From: Lama guanicoe
Lineage: Eukaryota
Direction of reading: 5' to 3'
Length of the DNA stretch: 64,000 nt
Assembly (NCBI GenBank): GCA_013239625.1
Contig: MU053557.1
Coordinates: 5,591,842-5,655,841 of the forward strand
Positions 1 through 12,300 of the stretch are shown in pieces; within the stretch, counting starts at the first letter, position 1, and every line of letters begins with the position of its first letter. Below the pieces are notes generated by a model, which worked only from the letters and a program-made list of their open reading frames with translations, searched no databases and was not told where the DNA came from. The translations under genes and the position numbers were made by a program.

Positions 1-370
1 CTGCCTTCCCTCCAAGCTCCTGTACCCTCAGGGCCTTTGCACTGGCTGTTCCCTCTGCCTGGAACTCTCTTCTTTAGATCTTTACATGGCTGCCTCCTTC
101 CTGAATCTGGAGCCCCAGCTGAAATATCACTTCTCAGAGAGGTTTCCCCAACTGCCCACGAGCTTGTGTCAGCATCTCACAGCCTCGTCACCATTTGAAC
201 ATGTCCTGTTTGTTTGTTCTCTTTATTGTCTGTGTGCACGCCCACCCCGCCTTGTCTTTGCCTCCCTGAAACAATCAGCATCATGCCAGCTGGGACCTTC
301 TGTCTTCTCCCTACTGTGACCTCAGTGCTTAGACAGTCAATAAATATTTGACGAACAGGTGGATGAATGT
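1..370 (+). mobile_element. LINE-2 3' fragment
   Basis: CTCAGGGCCTTTGCACTGGCTGTTCCCTCTGCCTGGAA...CAATAAATATTTG...GGATGAATG. Confidence 0.75.
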
Positions 371-3056
371 CTAGAATCGGTCTCAATTTGCCTATCAACA
401 CAACGAGAGGGGAGGTATAACTCGGGCGCTCAGGGCACAGATAGCTTTCCAAATGAAATACAGTTTAGGGAACCTCTCACCAAGGGCACAGACACACATT
501 TTGCATACAGTTTGGGGAGGGGGGTCCAGCCCCTTTGTAACCTACCCTAGGCTCCCTGGTCTTGCTGAGGTTTTCTGATTTGGGAACAGAAAACACGAAG
601 ATCAAATGCATGTTCCTTTGGTTGCAAAAGGTGCTCAGGATTTGGCATTCCCCTTTTGTGGAGTTTACATTTCCTCCTTTGGAGGCAAAAGTGCCCCTTG
701 ATGCCACCTCTCACTCCTGCTTCTACCTCCCAGTGATATGGGCTCATTACTCTTGCTCGTTGGTTGGCCTCCCCGTTCCCTCTGGCCCTCTCCCCTTCTC
801 TTCCTGCTGCTAGGATCTTAAGACAGCAGACTCAGTGCCCCCCTCCACCCGGAGAAATGGTCTCCCTAACACCAACATGGTCTCCCATCTATAAAACCTT
901 TCAACTTCATAAACTCGTAACTGCAGAAATCTGTCCAAACATTCTGGGGCGGTTGTAACTATTGGTGTTGGCTTGCAGACCTGAGCTGAGCTGCCAGGCC
1001 TTTAATGAGGAAATACTTAACAGTCCCAGCCCAGAGTAACGGCCAGGGAGGGCGGGGATCCCGCCGATGGGTGCCAAGGAGCCTGAGCTGGCCTCCACGG
1101 CACAGTGGACAAGACAGACTGCAGAGCGTTTTCTCAGCAGAGTGAAATTGACTTAATCCTGTTACCTTTTACGGGTGTGGCTGGAAGAGGCCGAGATGGG
1201 TCAGAGACAGCGAGACAGCTGTCAAGAGCGAGAGCTTGGCTGGAGCTGAACTTTTGTGTTGAGACCCATATAGCCAGACAGATGAAAAAGGCGCTTTCTC
1301 CCTCCCAGGCTGGGGCATGCTGTCTTTTCCATGATTAATGTAGGGAGAATGGCTTAGATGCTTCCGAGGGCCGGCGGCGAGGAGAAGTGGTCCTTTTTTT
1401 CCTCCTCCTCAGGCGCCTGTCTGGAGGACGGTGGGCCGGGAAGGGTCAGTCATGTCGGTGGGAGCTGCTGCTGGGCCACCTGGAACTTGCACAGGAATCC
1501 ACATCACTGAACACCTAGGGCCCCTGGCACCGGGGAGGTGGGCTGCGGGCCACCTCAGGAAAAGGGGGTTGCTGCGGCCCCAGCCAGGCAGCTACAGAGA
1601 AGCAACTACCCATGGCATTTCCCCTCCCAAAAGCCACATGAAACAGTTCTTGGGGGAGAGGGAGAGAGAACACACTTCAGAAGTGGGTGTGAAAATTTGG
1701 GCCTGGCAGAAGAGGTGCCCCTATGAGAAGGGGGCAACTCTGTGGCCCTGGATCTCCAGGATAATTAATCTGAAGGAGTTCCCTTAGGACTGGTCATCAG
1801 CAGAAAGGGCTCATTGCCTGTGCGGTTGGAGGAAACTGCTACTCCCGTGACCCCTGGCAGAGGCGTCCTCTCCCTACAGTGTAAAGAAGGCCTGGGACCT
1901 GGATGGGGCCACACTTTGTGCCTGTGGCCTGGTGGGCAGTTCTAAAAGCTGGGTACCCAGAGGCATTAAGTTGGAACAGCACACCCGACCTCCCTGCATG
2001 GTGCAGTCTGTCACCGGATCTTAGAGCCCCAACTCTCAGGGCAGTTGGCCCCAGGCCAAGGAGAGCCCAGGAATTTCAGGTACATGGAGCAAGGAAGGTC
2101 AGTCACTCTTGCAGAAGCGGGGCATAGGGGTCTCTCCCAGCACAGTGATGGATGTCTTTCCCTTCATCCCATCAATAGGTCTCAGGACTTTGCCTTGCCT
2201 ACGGTCCTGGTCTCCAGTGAGACCTTCCAAGATGCCTTTGGGATGGACCCCTGCTCTCTTTACAGATGAGACCCTGGGAATTACGCCCACAGCTCTGGGG
2301 GTTAGCAAAAGTGTTGGTTGGTTTCCTGACTATCAGACAGAAGAAGAAATTGAGCCCCCAGAAAAAAGCTGAGTTAGAATCATAAAATAGGTTTTCCCTC
2401 AGAGGCCATCTGGTAGCACACTGGTCTTGCAGGCGGGAACTCAGCTCAGAGAAGGGAGAGGACTAAAAGTGCCCCCCGACCCCCCACTGCACTGCATGAG
2501 TCCCTACACCCAGGACCCCTGAACACGGCCTCCCCTTCTTCTCCCAGCTCTGGAGGAGCTTGAGCAGGTGTCCCCCCAGCTCCCAGCAGAGACGGAGCAA
2601 CCTCAAGAAATTCATCATAAGCTGAGGGGGACGAGAAGGTGCCACATGCAGGGGCAGGAGTCAAGAAACCTGATTTCAGTCTGGGTTCTCTGCAGAAAGC
2701 CCTGTGACTTTGGGGGATCCTTTTATAAATCTCCCTAATGTTTGAAGAACACATTATGTTTTACAAAGCTCTTTTACATGTGTTATTTCATTCTATCCTT
2801 AATCTCTTGGGGCCTCAGTTTCCCCACATCAACATCAGGAAATTGAACCAACAGATGGCTTCAAGACTTTTCTCCCCCGCATGCTAAGATTTTGTGACAG
2901 ACTGTGTTTTATAATATCTCATATATTATATTGTTCGTCTTAGGATTTATGGTGCTAAGATTCTGTGTTCTGGGATTCTAGAATCCTGGACTTCTAAAAT
3001 TCAACGGTCTTTGATTCTGAGAATGCATGACATTTTTGTTCCACGATTGCACATGT

Positions 3057-3480
3057 CAGTATTTCCCAAATTTCGGTGGGACCTGTACCACCTTTACCGA
3101 GTAGGTTATGTCTGCATACCACCTGTATTATTATTCATTTAGTATTTTTCTTTAAATAGACTCTTTTTAACTTAAACAAATACCTTTAAAATGGAAACTT
3201 TATATCACTACTGCAAATGGAAAACCAGTCTCACCTGCCATAAATAGGAGCTAAAAGTAAAAATAAATACCATAAAAACAATGTTATTAAATTCTAACTA
3301 GATACTGTTGCTTGCCAAAGGCTCCGAGCCCAAGGCCTGCTTTAAAAACATTTTTTTTCAGTGTATATATATACACACACACACACCGCGCGCACACTAG
3401 CAAGGCTTAGAGAGGTATTAAAGACATGTTAGCATCAAATTAAAATGGTATAATGAGAAGGCCTGAAAATATAATTGAAC
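3057..3480. mobile_element. hAT-Charlie-type DNA transposon fragment
   Basis: Starts CAGTATTTCCCAAA; AT-rich body related to 17947-18223; right end uncertain. Confidence 0.55.
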
Positions 3481-5175
3481 TTTTCAGCTCTTTCTCATTA
3501 AGGGATTCCGTGGACAGCACCATCTCTAGACACCATCTACATTCATCACAAGAATGTGTCCCTTCGCTGTGCAAATCACCCTGCTCTGCTATGTGAGTGC
3601 AGGCACCTGGAGCTCTCACCTCCCAGACCACACACATGTTGTCCAGAGATAATTGCCCACACTTTTCCAGTTGATTTCTTCTCTTCCGAGCTTTGTGCCA
3701 GGTCCTTTTTGCATTATTGCAAAACCAGGCCCTCAACTTTAGGCCTGGGGTTTCCTCTGCTCATCTCCCTCTGGCTAGGAAGAGGGAAACTGGAAACCCT
3801 TGAAGCCAGCAACCTGGTGACTGCCGGAGATGTCAGTGGCCCCGGAGCCGCTGCCAGAACTTGGCCAGGCAGAAGCGGACTTGCTTCAGGGCAGGTCTGA
3901 TGACAGCGGGACCTGTGGGTGATGTCTTTGCCTGCGAGGCAGAGAGGGCAGCCACAGACCCCATGGGGCTGCATCCCCAGAGTCAGGGAGGGTGGGGGGC
4001 TGCGGGAACTGCATGGCATGGCCCAGCCCATACCTCGAGGTTCAAGGCTGTGCTCCCCCTCTTTGGGGCTGGCTGTAGAGCAAGGAGCATCAGGCCAGGC
4101 CCTGACCTCTGGGCAGGAGGACCCAAGTCCTAACCCCACCCACCGCTGGCCCACTGTGGGACCATGAGCAAGTCTCCTCCTCTGTGGAGCCACTTCCTTG
4201 ATGTAAAATTGGATGGATACAGTGGCTCTGACTATCATGTCTGACTGCTTGCTAACTCATGACTCTCACGTTTGCATCTCAAGTAAATGGATGCTGCTAT
4301 TGTTGTTGTAACAATAATTATTATTTGATCCTCACGATTCTTTGGGGAATGGTGGGATGGGCAGCAAGTTTCTTCTTGACAAGGTCAATATATATAAATG
4401 TTTTGGTACAAAGAGGTACTTCATAAACTTGATAACAATTCTGTTTCCCTCCTGCCAGGTCCCCTGGCGCCTGAGGCCAGCGTTGGGCTCAGCTTCTGCA
4501 GCTGGCCGCATGACAACTTCTCCGTGATAGTGACCTTGCCCTCACATCCAAGGCAGCCTCTCTCTGTCTGACTCCAGAGCAACATGTGAAAAGCCAGGGC
4601 TGCCTTCTTCCCTGTTCCCTTCATCCCATGTGTGTTCCCACCTCTTGGCCTCTGCCCTTGCTCCCACCTTCCCCCGGAATGCCTTCCTCTCTGCCCCTGG
4701 TTTATCCAGCCCTGAGAACTACCCTCCAAGACCCAGGTGTTGATCCTGGCTGGACCCCTGGTTCTGATTACTTTAGGTAAGTCCCATGGCTGCTCTGGGC
4801 CTCAGTTTCCCCATATGAAATAAAACATTGAACTGCATGCCCTCCAAGTTCCTTCCAGTCCTGGCGTTGGGAACGGCAAGAGCAGTAGTGCCCACCCCAA
4901 GGAGGAAGTGATCCTGGCTGCTTGCACTCCCTTGGCTCAACAAAGATCTATCAGACTTGCAGTCAGGAGAGCGGAGACAATCGGTTCTTTGGTCTCTAAA
5001 GGTTTATAGCCATCACGTCGGAGGGCAACCAAAGGACAGGGGCCATGCCTGTATCTCCTGATCCTCACATCCTCAGCCCAGCACAGGGCTCAACACATAA
5101 AAGTGGCTCAATAAATAATAATCAAATGAATGCATGTATGCTTGGAAAGTGGTAATGATAAGTGTTATTATTAGA

Positions 5176-5340
5176 GGGGGGTGGGTCTAGCTCAGCGGTA
5201 GAGCACATGCTTAGCATGCACGAGGTCCTAGGTTCAGTCTCCAGTACCTCCATTTGAAAACAATAATAAAATAAAATAAAATAAAAAAAGAAACCTAATT
5301 ACCTCCCCAACTAAAAAATGTAAAAATAAATTAAAAAAAA
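5176..5340 (+). mobile_element. tRNA-Ala-derived SINE (Vic-1-like, camelid)
   Basis: tRNA-like head with A box TAGCTCAGCGG and B box GGTTCAGTCTC, (TAAAA)n and A-rich tail; flanked by near-direct repeats TTATTATTAGA (5165-5175) and TTATTGTTAGA (5344-5354). Confidence 0.85.
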
Positions 5341-5659
5341 GGATTATTGTTAGAAACTGAGGTTGGGATTCAAATGAAATCAAGTTAGGGCTCCTTAACC
5401 TTAAGCTCCTAAGAGAGAAGCCCCCTTGTCCTTTCGGTCTTTTCCTCCAGGCTCAAACTGCTGCATCAGCCCCGTCTAGGGGTATGTGTGTGAGAGAGAG
5501 AGACAGAGGGAGAGAACCAGACCCTATCAACCTATTTTAGCTAACTAGAGAAAACTTCAGATCTACAGGCATCCTTCCCCTGCCCAATATTCATTCATTT
5601 ATTTCACAAACATTTCTTGAGAACATCTACACAAGCCTCAGTGGGGGATAGGCATAGAA

Positions 5660-5790
5660 TTCAGGGAATCAGAACACTTGTTTCCTAGCCCCAGCTCTGA
5701 CAGACACTCTGTATGACCTTGGGCAAGTCACTTCTCTTCTTAGTAGCCTTAGTGTCCTCATCTGTGAAATGGGGGAATTGAACTCGATAG
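5660..5790 (+). mobile_element. MIR SINE
   Basis: TGTATGACCTTGGGCAAGTCACTT...GCCTTAGTGTCCTCATCTGTGAAATGGG core. Confidence 0.75.
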
Positions 5791-6149
5791 TATCTAAGAA
5801 TTAGTCCTTTCTTATTATCTATGACCAAAGTCTCAACCTGTGAGCTACAGATTCCTGGGGGCGAGGAGGCAGAGGTTTTTTTGAAGAGGTCCAGGAGGCT
5901 GTTGTTACATCAAGGACTGTCTGAAAACAATGAAATTGCAACTCCTTTCATGTGTGTTGGTATGAGGAGGTTAATGCACTTCAGAGAAGGGCCTCATACT
6001 TTAAAAGGAAGAACCTCTGATGTGAGTGGCACTGGTTCTAGTCCTGACTCATGTGGAGCTTACAGTTTCTCGAATAAGGTAGAATCCAAGTCACTTGAAT
6101 ACAAAATGAAAGACAGATGTGGGTCCTGAAAGTTAGAGGCAAGAAAGAC

Positions 6150-6305
6150 CAGTGATCTTTTAGAGGTCACAGATCCCACTAAGAATCTGAGAAAATTACT
6201 GACTCTTCCCCATAAAAATGCTCACAGGCACCAAATTTCACATACAATGTCTTGGTGATCATAGGTTTCCTAGTTCATTTCACAGAACTCAGGTTAAGAA
6301 TTCTT
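6150..6305. mobile_element. hAT-Charlie-type MITE fragment
   Basis: GGTCACAGATCCC...AGAATCTGA...CTCTTCCCCATAAAAATGC...CATACAAT...CAGGTTAAGAA. Confidence 0.55.
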
Positions 6306-7089
6306 AATTTCGATAAACCCATAAGCAGAAGTCAGGTGAGTCTGGAGAAAATCCCTACGTTGACTTGTCGAACATGAGCAGCACAAAAGGAATTAGGAGA
6401 GACAAAAGACCCAAGGGGGTCAGTGCCCTGGGGACCTGGGAGGCCTCGTCCAGAGAGAGAAGTGGGGGAGGGGGAAACTTGGGTGAAATAAACCATGAGC
6501 CATCTTCTCTGTTCCTTTGGTTAGACGGAACAATTCTTTAAGCTGTTTCGAAAGCCTAAACTCATCATCTTCAGAACGTAAACAGGCAGAGTTTCTTAAA
6601 TCATTGGGGAATTGCTCATGAGCATAATTATTGGATTAAATTGTCTGTTCATAATAAACAGAAGCCGGGCTGAGAATCTACCACCTCTGCGATCAGATGC
6701 AGAGGAGCAGGGGATCGAGAGCCGCTGTCCAGATGAGACCCCCTCCAATGGTCCTGTTCAGAGGCAAGACCACGAGCTAGAAAACTCTGCCCCCATTTTC
6801 ATGGATGTGAACCTCAAGGTGCTAGAGACTTTGTACAAGATTTAAAAGGTGAAAATATGCTTTTGATCCTTCAGTGGTAATAATTTTAAAAGTCACGGCC
6901 AAAGCTGCCAGCACTACAATTACACCCAGCAGTCTCATGGCAAAGGACAAAGGACTCAATGGCCAAGTGCAGTTTGATTGAGGCTGCTTGGCAGCCAAAA
7001 GTTTAGACCCCCTGAGTGGCCGTGGGAGTGGGCGGATTGGCTGGGGAGGAGGGAAGAAGTGTGTGCCACTGAAAACGGGCTCATCATGC

Positions 7090-7205
7090 TTGTTACAATG
7101 CGGCTTCTGAATCAATAGATCTGGGGTGCAGCTGAGAGCCTGCATTTCCAGTCAGCTCCCAGATGATGCCCATGATGCTGGTTCTCAGGCCACACTTTGC
7201 TAGTG
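7090..7205. mobile_element. MER5-like hAT MITE fragment
   Basis: CTGAATCA...TCTGGGG...CTGCATTT...GCTCCCAGATGATGCC...GCTGG...CCACACTTTG. Confidence 0.65.
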
Positions 7206-10200
7206 AGTTCTGGGATAACAGGGGTGACTGCAGAGCAAGGCTAAGCCTGTGAACTTTGGAGTCAGACAGCCCTGTGTACAAATCCTGACTTCCCCATCCC
7301 ACTAGCTGAATAACCTTAGTTATGCAGTCTGTTAGAGATTCGGCTCCTCATCTGTAAAATACAGGTTATAGGCAGGATTATTTGTTCATTCAACAAATAT
7401 ATATTTAGCATCGGCTCTGTGTCAGGCTTGCGCTTGGCCCTGGGACGCGGTGGTGAGCCCAAACAGGCCCAGTTCCTCCTCTTGTGGACTTGGCAGAGTT
7501 GGAGATGATGGATGTGGAGTATTCAGCACCGTGCCTGGTACATGGTAAGAGCTCGACAAATTAGATCTATTTTTATGAAGAGGAGGAGTATTGTCAATTT
7601 CACACACCCAGAGGAGAGAACTCTTCTGTTAAATGCTGACTGAATGAAAAGATTTGAGATTCATTCTGCAATCCGGGGAACACAGAAGTCAAGAGTACAT
7701 GGTCTATCTCCTTGAGGACTTCCTGGTTTAGTGGGAAGATGAGTATCTAGCCTGAGTGGCCCCTCTAAGCTTCCCTGACGGCTCAAGTAGTGGTGGGTTC
7801 ATCTGCTCACACACTTGTCCTGAACCACCAGCCTCCGTTCCCTCCTCCAAGCTGGCTCTGGTTCTCTCTTGATTGTCCCACCCCCAGCTTTAGTTTTCTT
7901 ACTCTACCTCCATTTATCCGCTCTTTCCTCACCCCTTTGACTTAAAAATGCTATTCCTCCCTCAGTAAGAATCCTGAGCTCCCTCCTGCTACACTGGCCA
8001 AATGGCCTTAGACCTCCCACTCAGGGCTGGGCACCCCTCCATGGGCCTCCCTATCAACTTAGACACCAATGTTGTGGGGTTCTGGGGAAAACAATTACAA
8101 AAATTCAGAATGCTCTGGAAATCTGCATACCATCCTCAGGTGAAGGCCCAGTGGACCCAGATAGACCTAATCAAGAGGTTGGGTTCGTGGTGTTGATGAA
8201 GGAATGACAGCCTGCATCCAGGTGGGCTTGGCTTCCAGGAAGCCTGGGTCTGGGTGCCACCTCCTCCCCTCCGCACTGCCCCGTGCTCTCTTGGCACAGG
8301 CTTCGCTGCACTAGGGTTCTGAGTCAAAGCCAGTGAGAAGGAAGGGGGGGACAACTTCAAGGAACAGCCAATGACAAGAGACCCCGAGGAAGCCTAACCT
8401 TTAAACAAACTACAAATAAATGGCAGAGGCTTATTAAGAAACTATCATGTTTAGCACTGGGCCCTGGGGACATGGCTGAGTCCCTGTCCTCACAGAGCTT
8501 ACAGCCTAGCAAAGAAAGCCACTGAGTTGGCAGGGCATTTCAACACAATGCAGAGAGCGCCATCATGAGGGACAGATGGAACTGGTGAGGGACCAGCAGA
8601 GGCTCCCTGGGAAGCAGTACTCTGGAGGGGACCTCAATGAGAAGGAAGGTGAGGCAGGGGAAGGTGAAGGCAAGATCTTCCCACGATGAGTAAACAGCAT
8701 TCCTGAAGGCTGATCTCACAGGCTGGTCCTCAGGGTCCAAGTGAGGAAGAATGAGAAAGGGGTGTGGTGAGGAATGGGGCCAAGCACAGGCCATTCTAAG
8801 GAACCTGGTCCCTCTCCTGAGGGCAGTGGGGGTCACCAGATGGTTCTAGGCGATTCAGCACTACAGGCATTGGCCGCCTTCTAAGGGTGGGGAAACCGAG
8901 GCACTGAGGGGTGGAGCCGGCAACTGGCCTGAGGTCGCAATACCAGAAAGTAAGGGGGTCAGGATTCAATCCCAGCCATCCAAGGCCAGAACCTACACAG
9001 TCAAACATGTTATTAAGTACATACACAGATACAAATTCACACACGTTAAAATTAAAATATATATATATATACTGCACCCAGAGCGCAGGGCTCAGCCAGA
9101 GGCCGTGCAGGCAAACCCTATTTAAACCCATTTAACAAGGCGCCTCTTAATGATCTCATTAGCCCGGACAGGGCCCTGAGGAAACTTGAGGCGAGGCCCT
9201 GCTTTAAATGAGGCTTCTTTGAAGTGGCCACCACCTGAAGCAGCCACCTGAGAGGGCGGGAACAAAGCCAGCCTGTGAGCCCCGCGCCCGCTCCCCGGCT
9301 CCGGCAGGCGCCACGGGGCTGCTCGGGCGGCAGGACTGGGCCTCGCTGTGGCCCAGGGCGCCCGGCGGGTTTCCATTAGCTCGCTCCCAGCCGGCCTCTC
9401 CACAGGCCGGTTCAGAGGGGCGATCTGGCCAGCCACAGATGAGGTCGTGCGTCATGATGGCGGCAGCCAGAAGAAGCCTGTGGCCTTCCCCAGGCCTCAC
9501 TCTCTCAGGTCTGGACTTCCAGGCTGCTCTGAGCCTTGGTCTGGCTCATGACCTGAGATGCCCGGTGCACAGGCCCTCCCCTTATTAACCCACCCCAGGC
9601 TTAACCTCCGCCTCCTCTATCCTCCATTTTCTTCTGTCAGTTCCCTTGTTTCTCAACTGACCCGACCCCCACCCCCAATTGCCTTCAGTCACCCAACTCT
9701 AAATCTCTCCATGACCCCCTCCAAGGTGGGTGCCTGATCCTCCCTAAGAGCAGCTGTGGAGACCCCAACCAGACATTTCCCCCGCACCAGCCACCCACAT
9801 GGATGTCTGCTTCTCTGGCCAGCTCTGGGTCCTCGGGCTCCCTCTCCCTCAGGCTGGGTCTGGCAGGAAGCGGGAGGGTCAGCATCCCAGTGGAGCCTGC
9901 CACACGCGTTCCAAGCAGCCCCAGCCAAGCCTTAGGGTGACTGACCTGAGAAATAAGCACCTGGCCAATTGTCCCAACACGGGGTGCAAAATCCAGACAG
10001 GCAGAAGGAGCCGATTCACCTTTCGAGAATTGCATGCCCAGGCCCTCCCAGCAGGCTGCGGCTGAGGCCCCTGCCTATTAATAGTCAAGCAGCTGTTTGC
10101 CTCCCTGAATGAGGCTTTTTATTGCAAGCTACATTGACAAAACAGATCTCGATCCTTCCTGCTCGGAATATTTAGGGGTGGAGGGGCCGCAGGGAGATGT

Positions 10201-11619
10201 TCCTTCCTTCCAGGGAAGTTGAGAAGGTCAGCGCTGGAAGCAACCTTAGCAGTGACCCCCCTCAACGTTGGAGAGGCCAAAGCCAAGCTCATTACCACCG
10301 CCACCCTGTCCTCTCCCTCTCTCCCCCTCCCATGTTCCCAGCTCCTGCCAAGAGCCCACTGTTGCCTCAGTGATTCCTCAAATTCTCTCCCCTCCTTTGT
10401 CCCAGTCCCAATCTAGAAGCCTCAAAGTCAAGGCATTGGGTGATACTATCCTCTGCTGACGTCCAGGCCTCTCATCTCCCATGCCCCCACCCTTCCGTCC
10501 ACTGTGTATGTGAGTTTGCATGCTCTGTCTTAGCTCCCGGCCTTTGCACGTGCTATTCTCTCTGCCTGGGGTCCCTTTTCCTGCCCTCTTCCCATGTTTA
10601 GTGGTCCCTTAAGTCTTGGCTTTAAAGAGACCACTTCAGGAAGCCTTGTCTCTCCATACCCACCTCAGTGTCCTGTTGTGCGCTGCTGAATCTTCCTCCT
10701 CACCGAATGTTCAGGGGTTGAGGGTAGAGTGGGGTGATTCCCCCCACTGTGTATTTCTCTACCAGCTAGCGGGACACTCTATGACACTGAGGTGAGTCAA
10801 GCAAAGTGCATATTGATTCTTCCTTCCCCTTCCCCAGGCGCCCCAACCACCCCAGTGCTGAACAGATGAGGAATATGAGGTCAGAAGGAACAGAGGAAAG
10901 AGCCATGAACCTAAGAGTTGGGCTCTGTTGTGTGGCTGCATCTCTGTGTCTTAGCCTGAGCAGCTAAGCCCGTGGCCACCTGCCGGCCCTGCTGCCTCCC
11001 CCGCAGGCCTCCCAGGAAAGGACTCGGCCCCAGGGGGCCCGCCATCTTTCTATTAGAGCAGCCTGGGCATGAGTTTGGGTTCCCAAAACCTCTCAGGGTG
11101 CCTAAGGCATGTTTGTGCCATAAGTTAAAGGAATTTGTTCCTTCTTTGCCGGATGGGGGTAGAAAGTGCTTGGGGCGGGGGCAGGAAGGAAGGAAGGAGA
11201 CATTCATTCAGGCCTTGGAGCTGATGCTCTCTGCTTCCAGGAGGCTGGCTGGCTGCTCCTGCGCCCCTGGGCTTCAAAGCCTCCTTAAATTGTCTTCAAA
11301 GAGGGAAGACATATCCCTGCCTGGTGCAGGATTTTTCAGTCCCCAAAGCACATTTACTTCCATGATCTCATTTGATCTCTTAGTTGCCCAATCTGTGAGC
11401 AGAATAAGGCTCTCCTCATCTTGACTGATGCTCAAGTTGAGTCTCAGAAAAAGCAAATGCCTTGCCTACAACCACAGAGTAGGGGTGTGACTATGCTGAG
11501 GCTGGAACTCAGGTCTCCTGGCTTCCTGCCCCATGCTCTTACGTGACTGTTGATGACCTGACTGTTTATTATGGCAGGTAGCAGAAAGTTCTCTGCAGTA
11601 TCAGACGCCCAGGTCCTTT

Positions 11620-12300
11620 ATGCAAATGGCTCTAGGCCCATAAACATATGAAAAAATGTTTAACCTCATTAGGATTCAGAGACATACAAATTAAGACCTT
11701 TACATCATTTTACATCCACTAGATCGGCAAAAAACAAGGAACGTGACAATATCAAGTGTTGCCAAGGATGCTTTCTACTAGAGGAAATGTCTGTGCAGGT
11801 AAGTGATTCGGAAAACGATCTGGCATTATGTTTTATAAAGTTGATCGTTTACTTTGCCTACAACTAAGCAATTCCACTCCTGGCCATATATACTCCCAGG
11901 CACATATATGCCAGTGCTTACCGATTTGACCGATTTGTTAAAATTTTGAAATAATTCCATGTTGGTGTCAGTAACCAACTAATACCAGTTGGTCAATAGT
12001 TACTACTCCCAGTCTCCCCCTAACCCCTTCACCATGAGATGCCCTGTGTTCTAGCCACCCCAACTCTTCCTCTGGGGAACCCCCAAACTCTGCATGATCA
12101 AGCAACTATAAGGTTAACACCTGGCCACTCAGAACACCTCTAGAACCAGTTTCCAGCTCCAGAGCACTCATCCTGGTTGCTCAGCACCCCTATTTTTTCA
12201 GTTGTTTATTATTATGTACACCCTAGAGAAACTCGTTTCCACATTCACCTAGAGAAATGCACAGAGTTTATTCATAGCATCAATGTTCTTAGTAGAAATA
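11620..12300 (+). mobile_element. Old LINE-1 fragment, interrupted at about 11905-12210
   Basis: ATAAACATATGAAAAAATGTTTAACCTCATTAG, TGACAATATCAAGTGTTGCCAAGGATG, AGCAATTCCACTCCTGG; resumes at ACCCTAGAGAAACTC. Confidence 0.7.
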
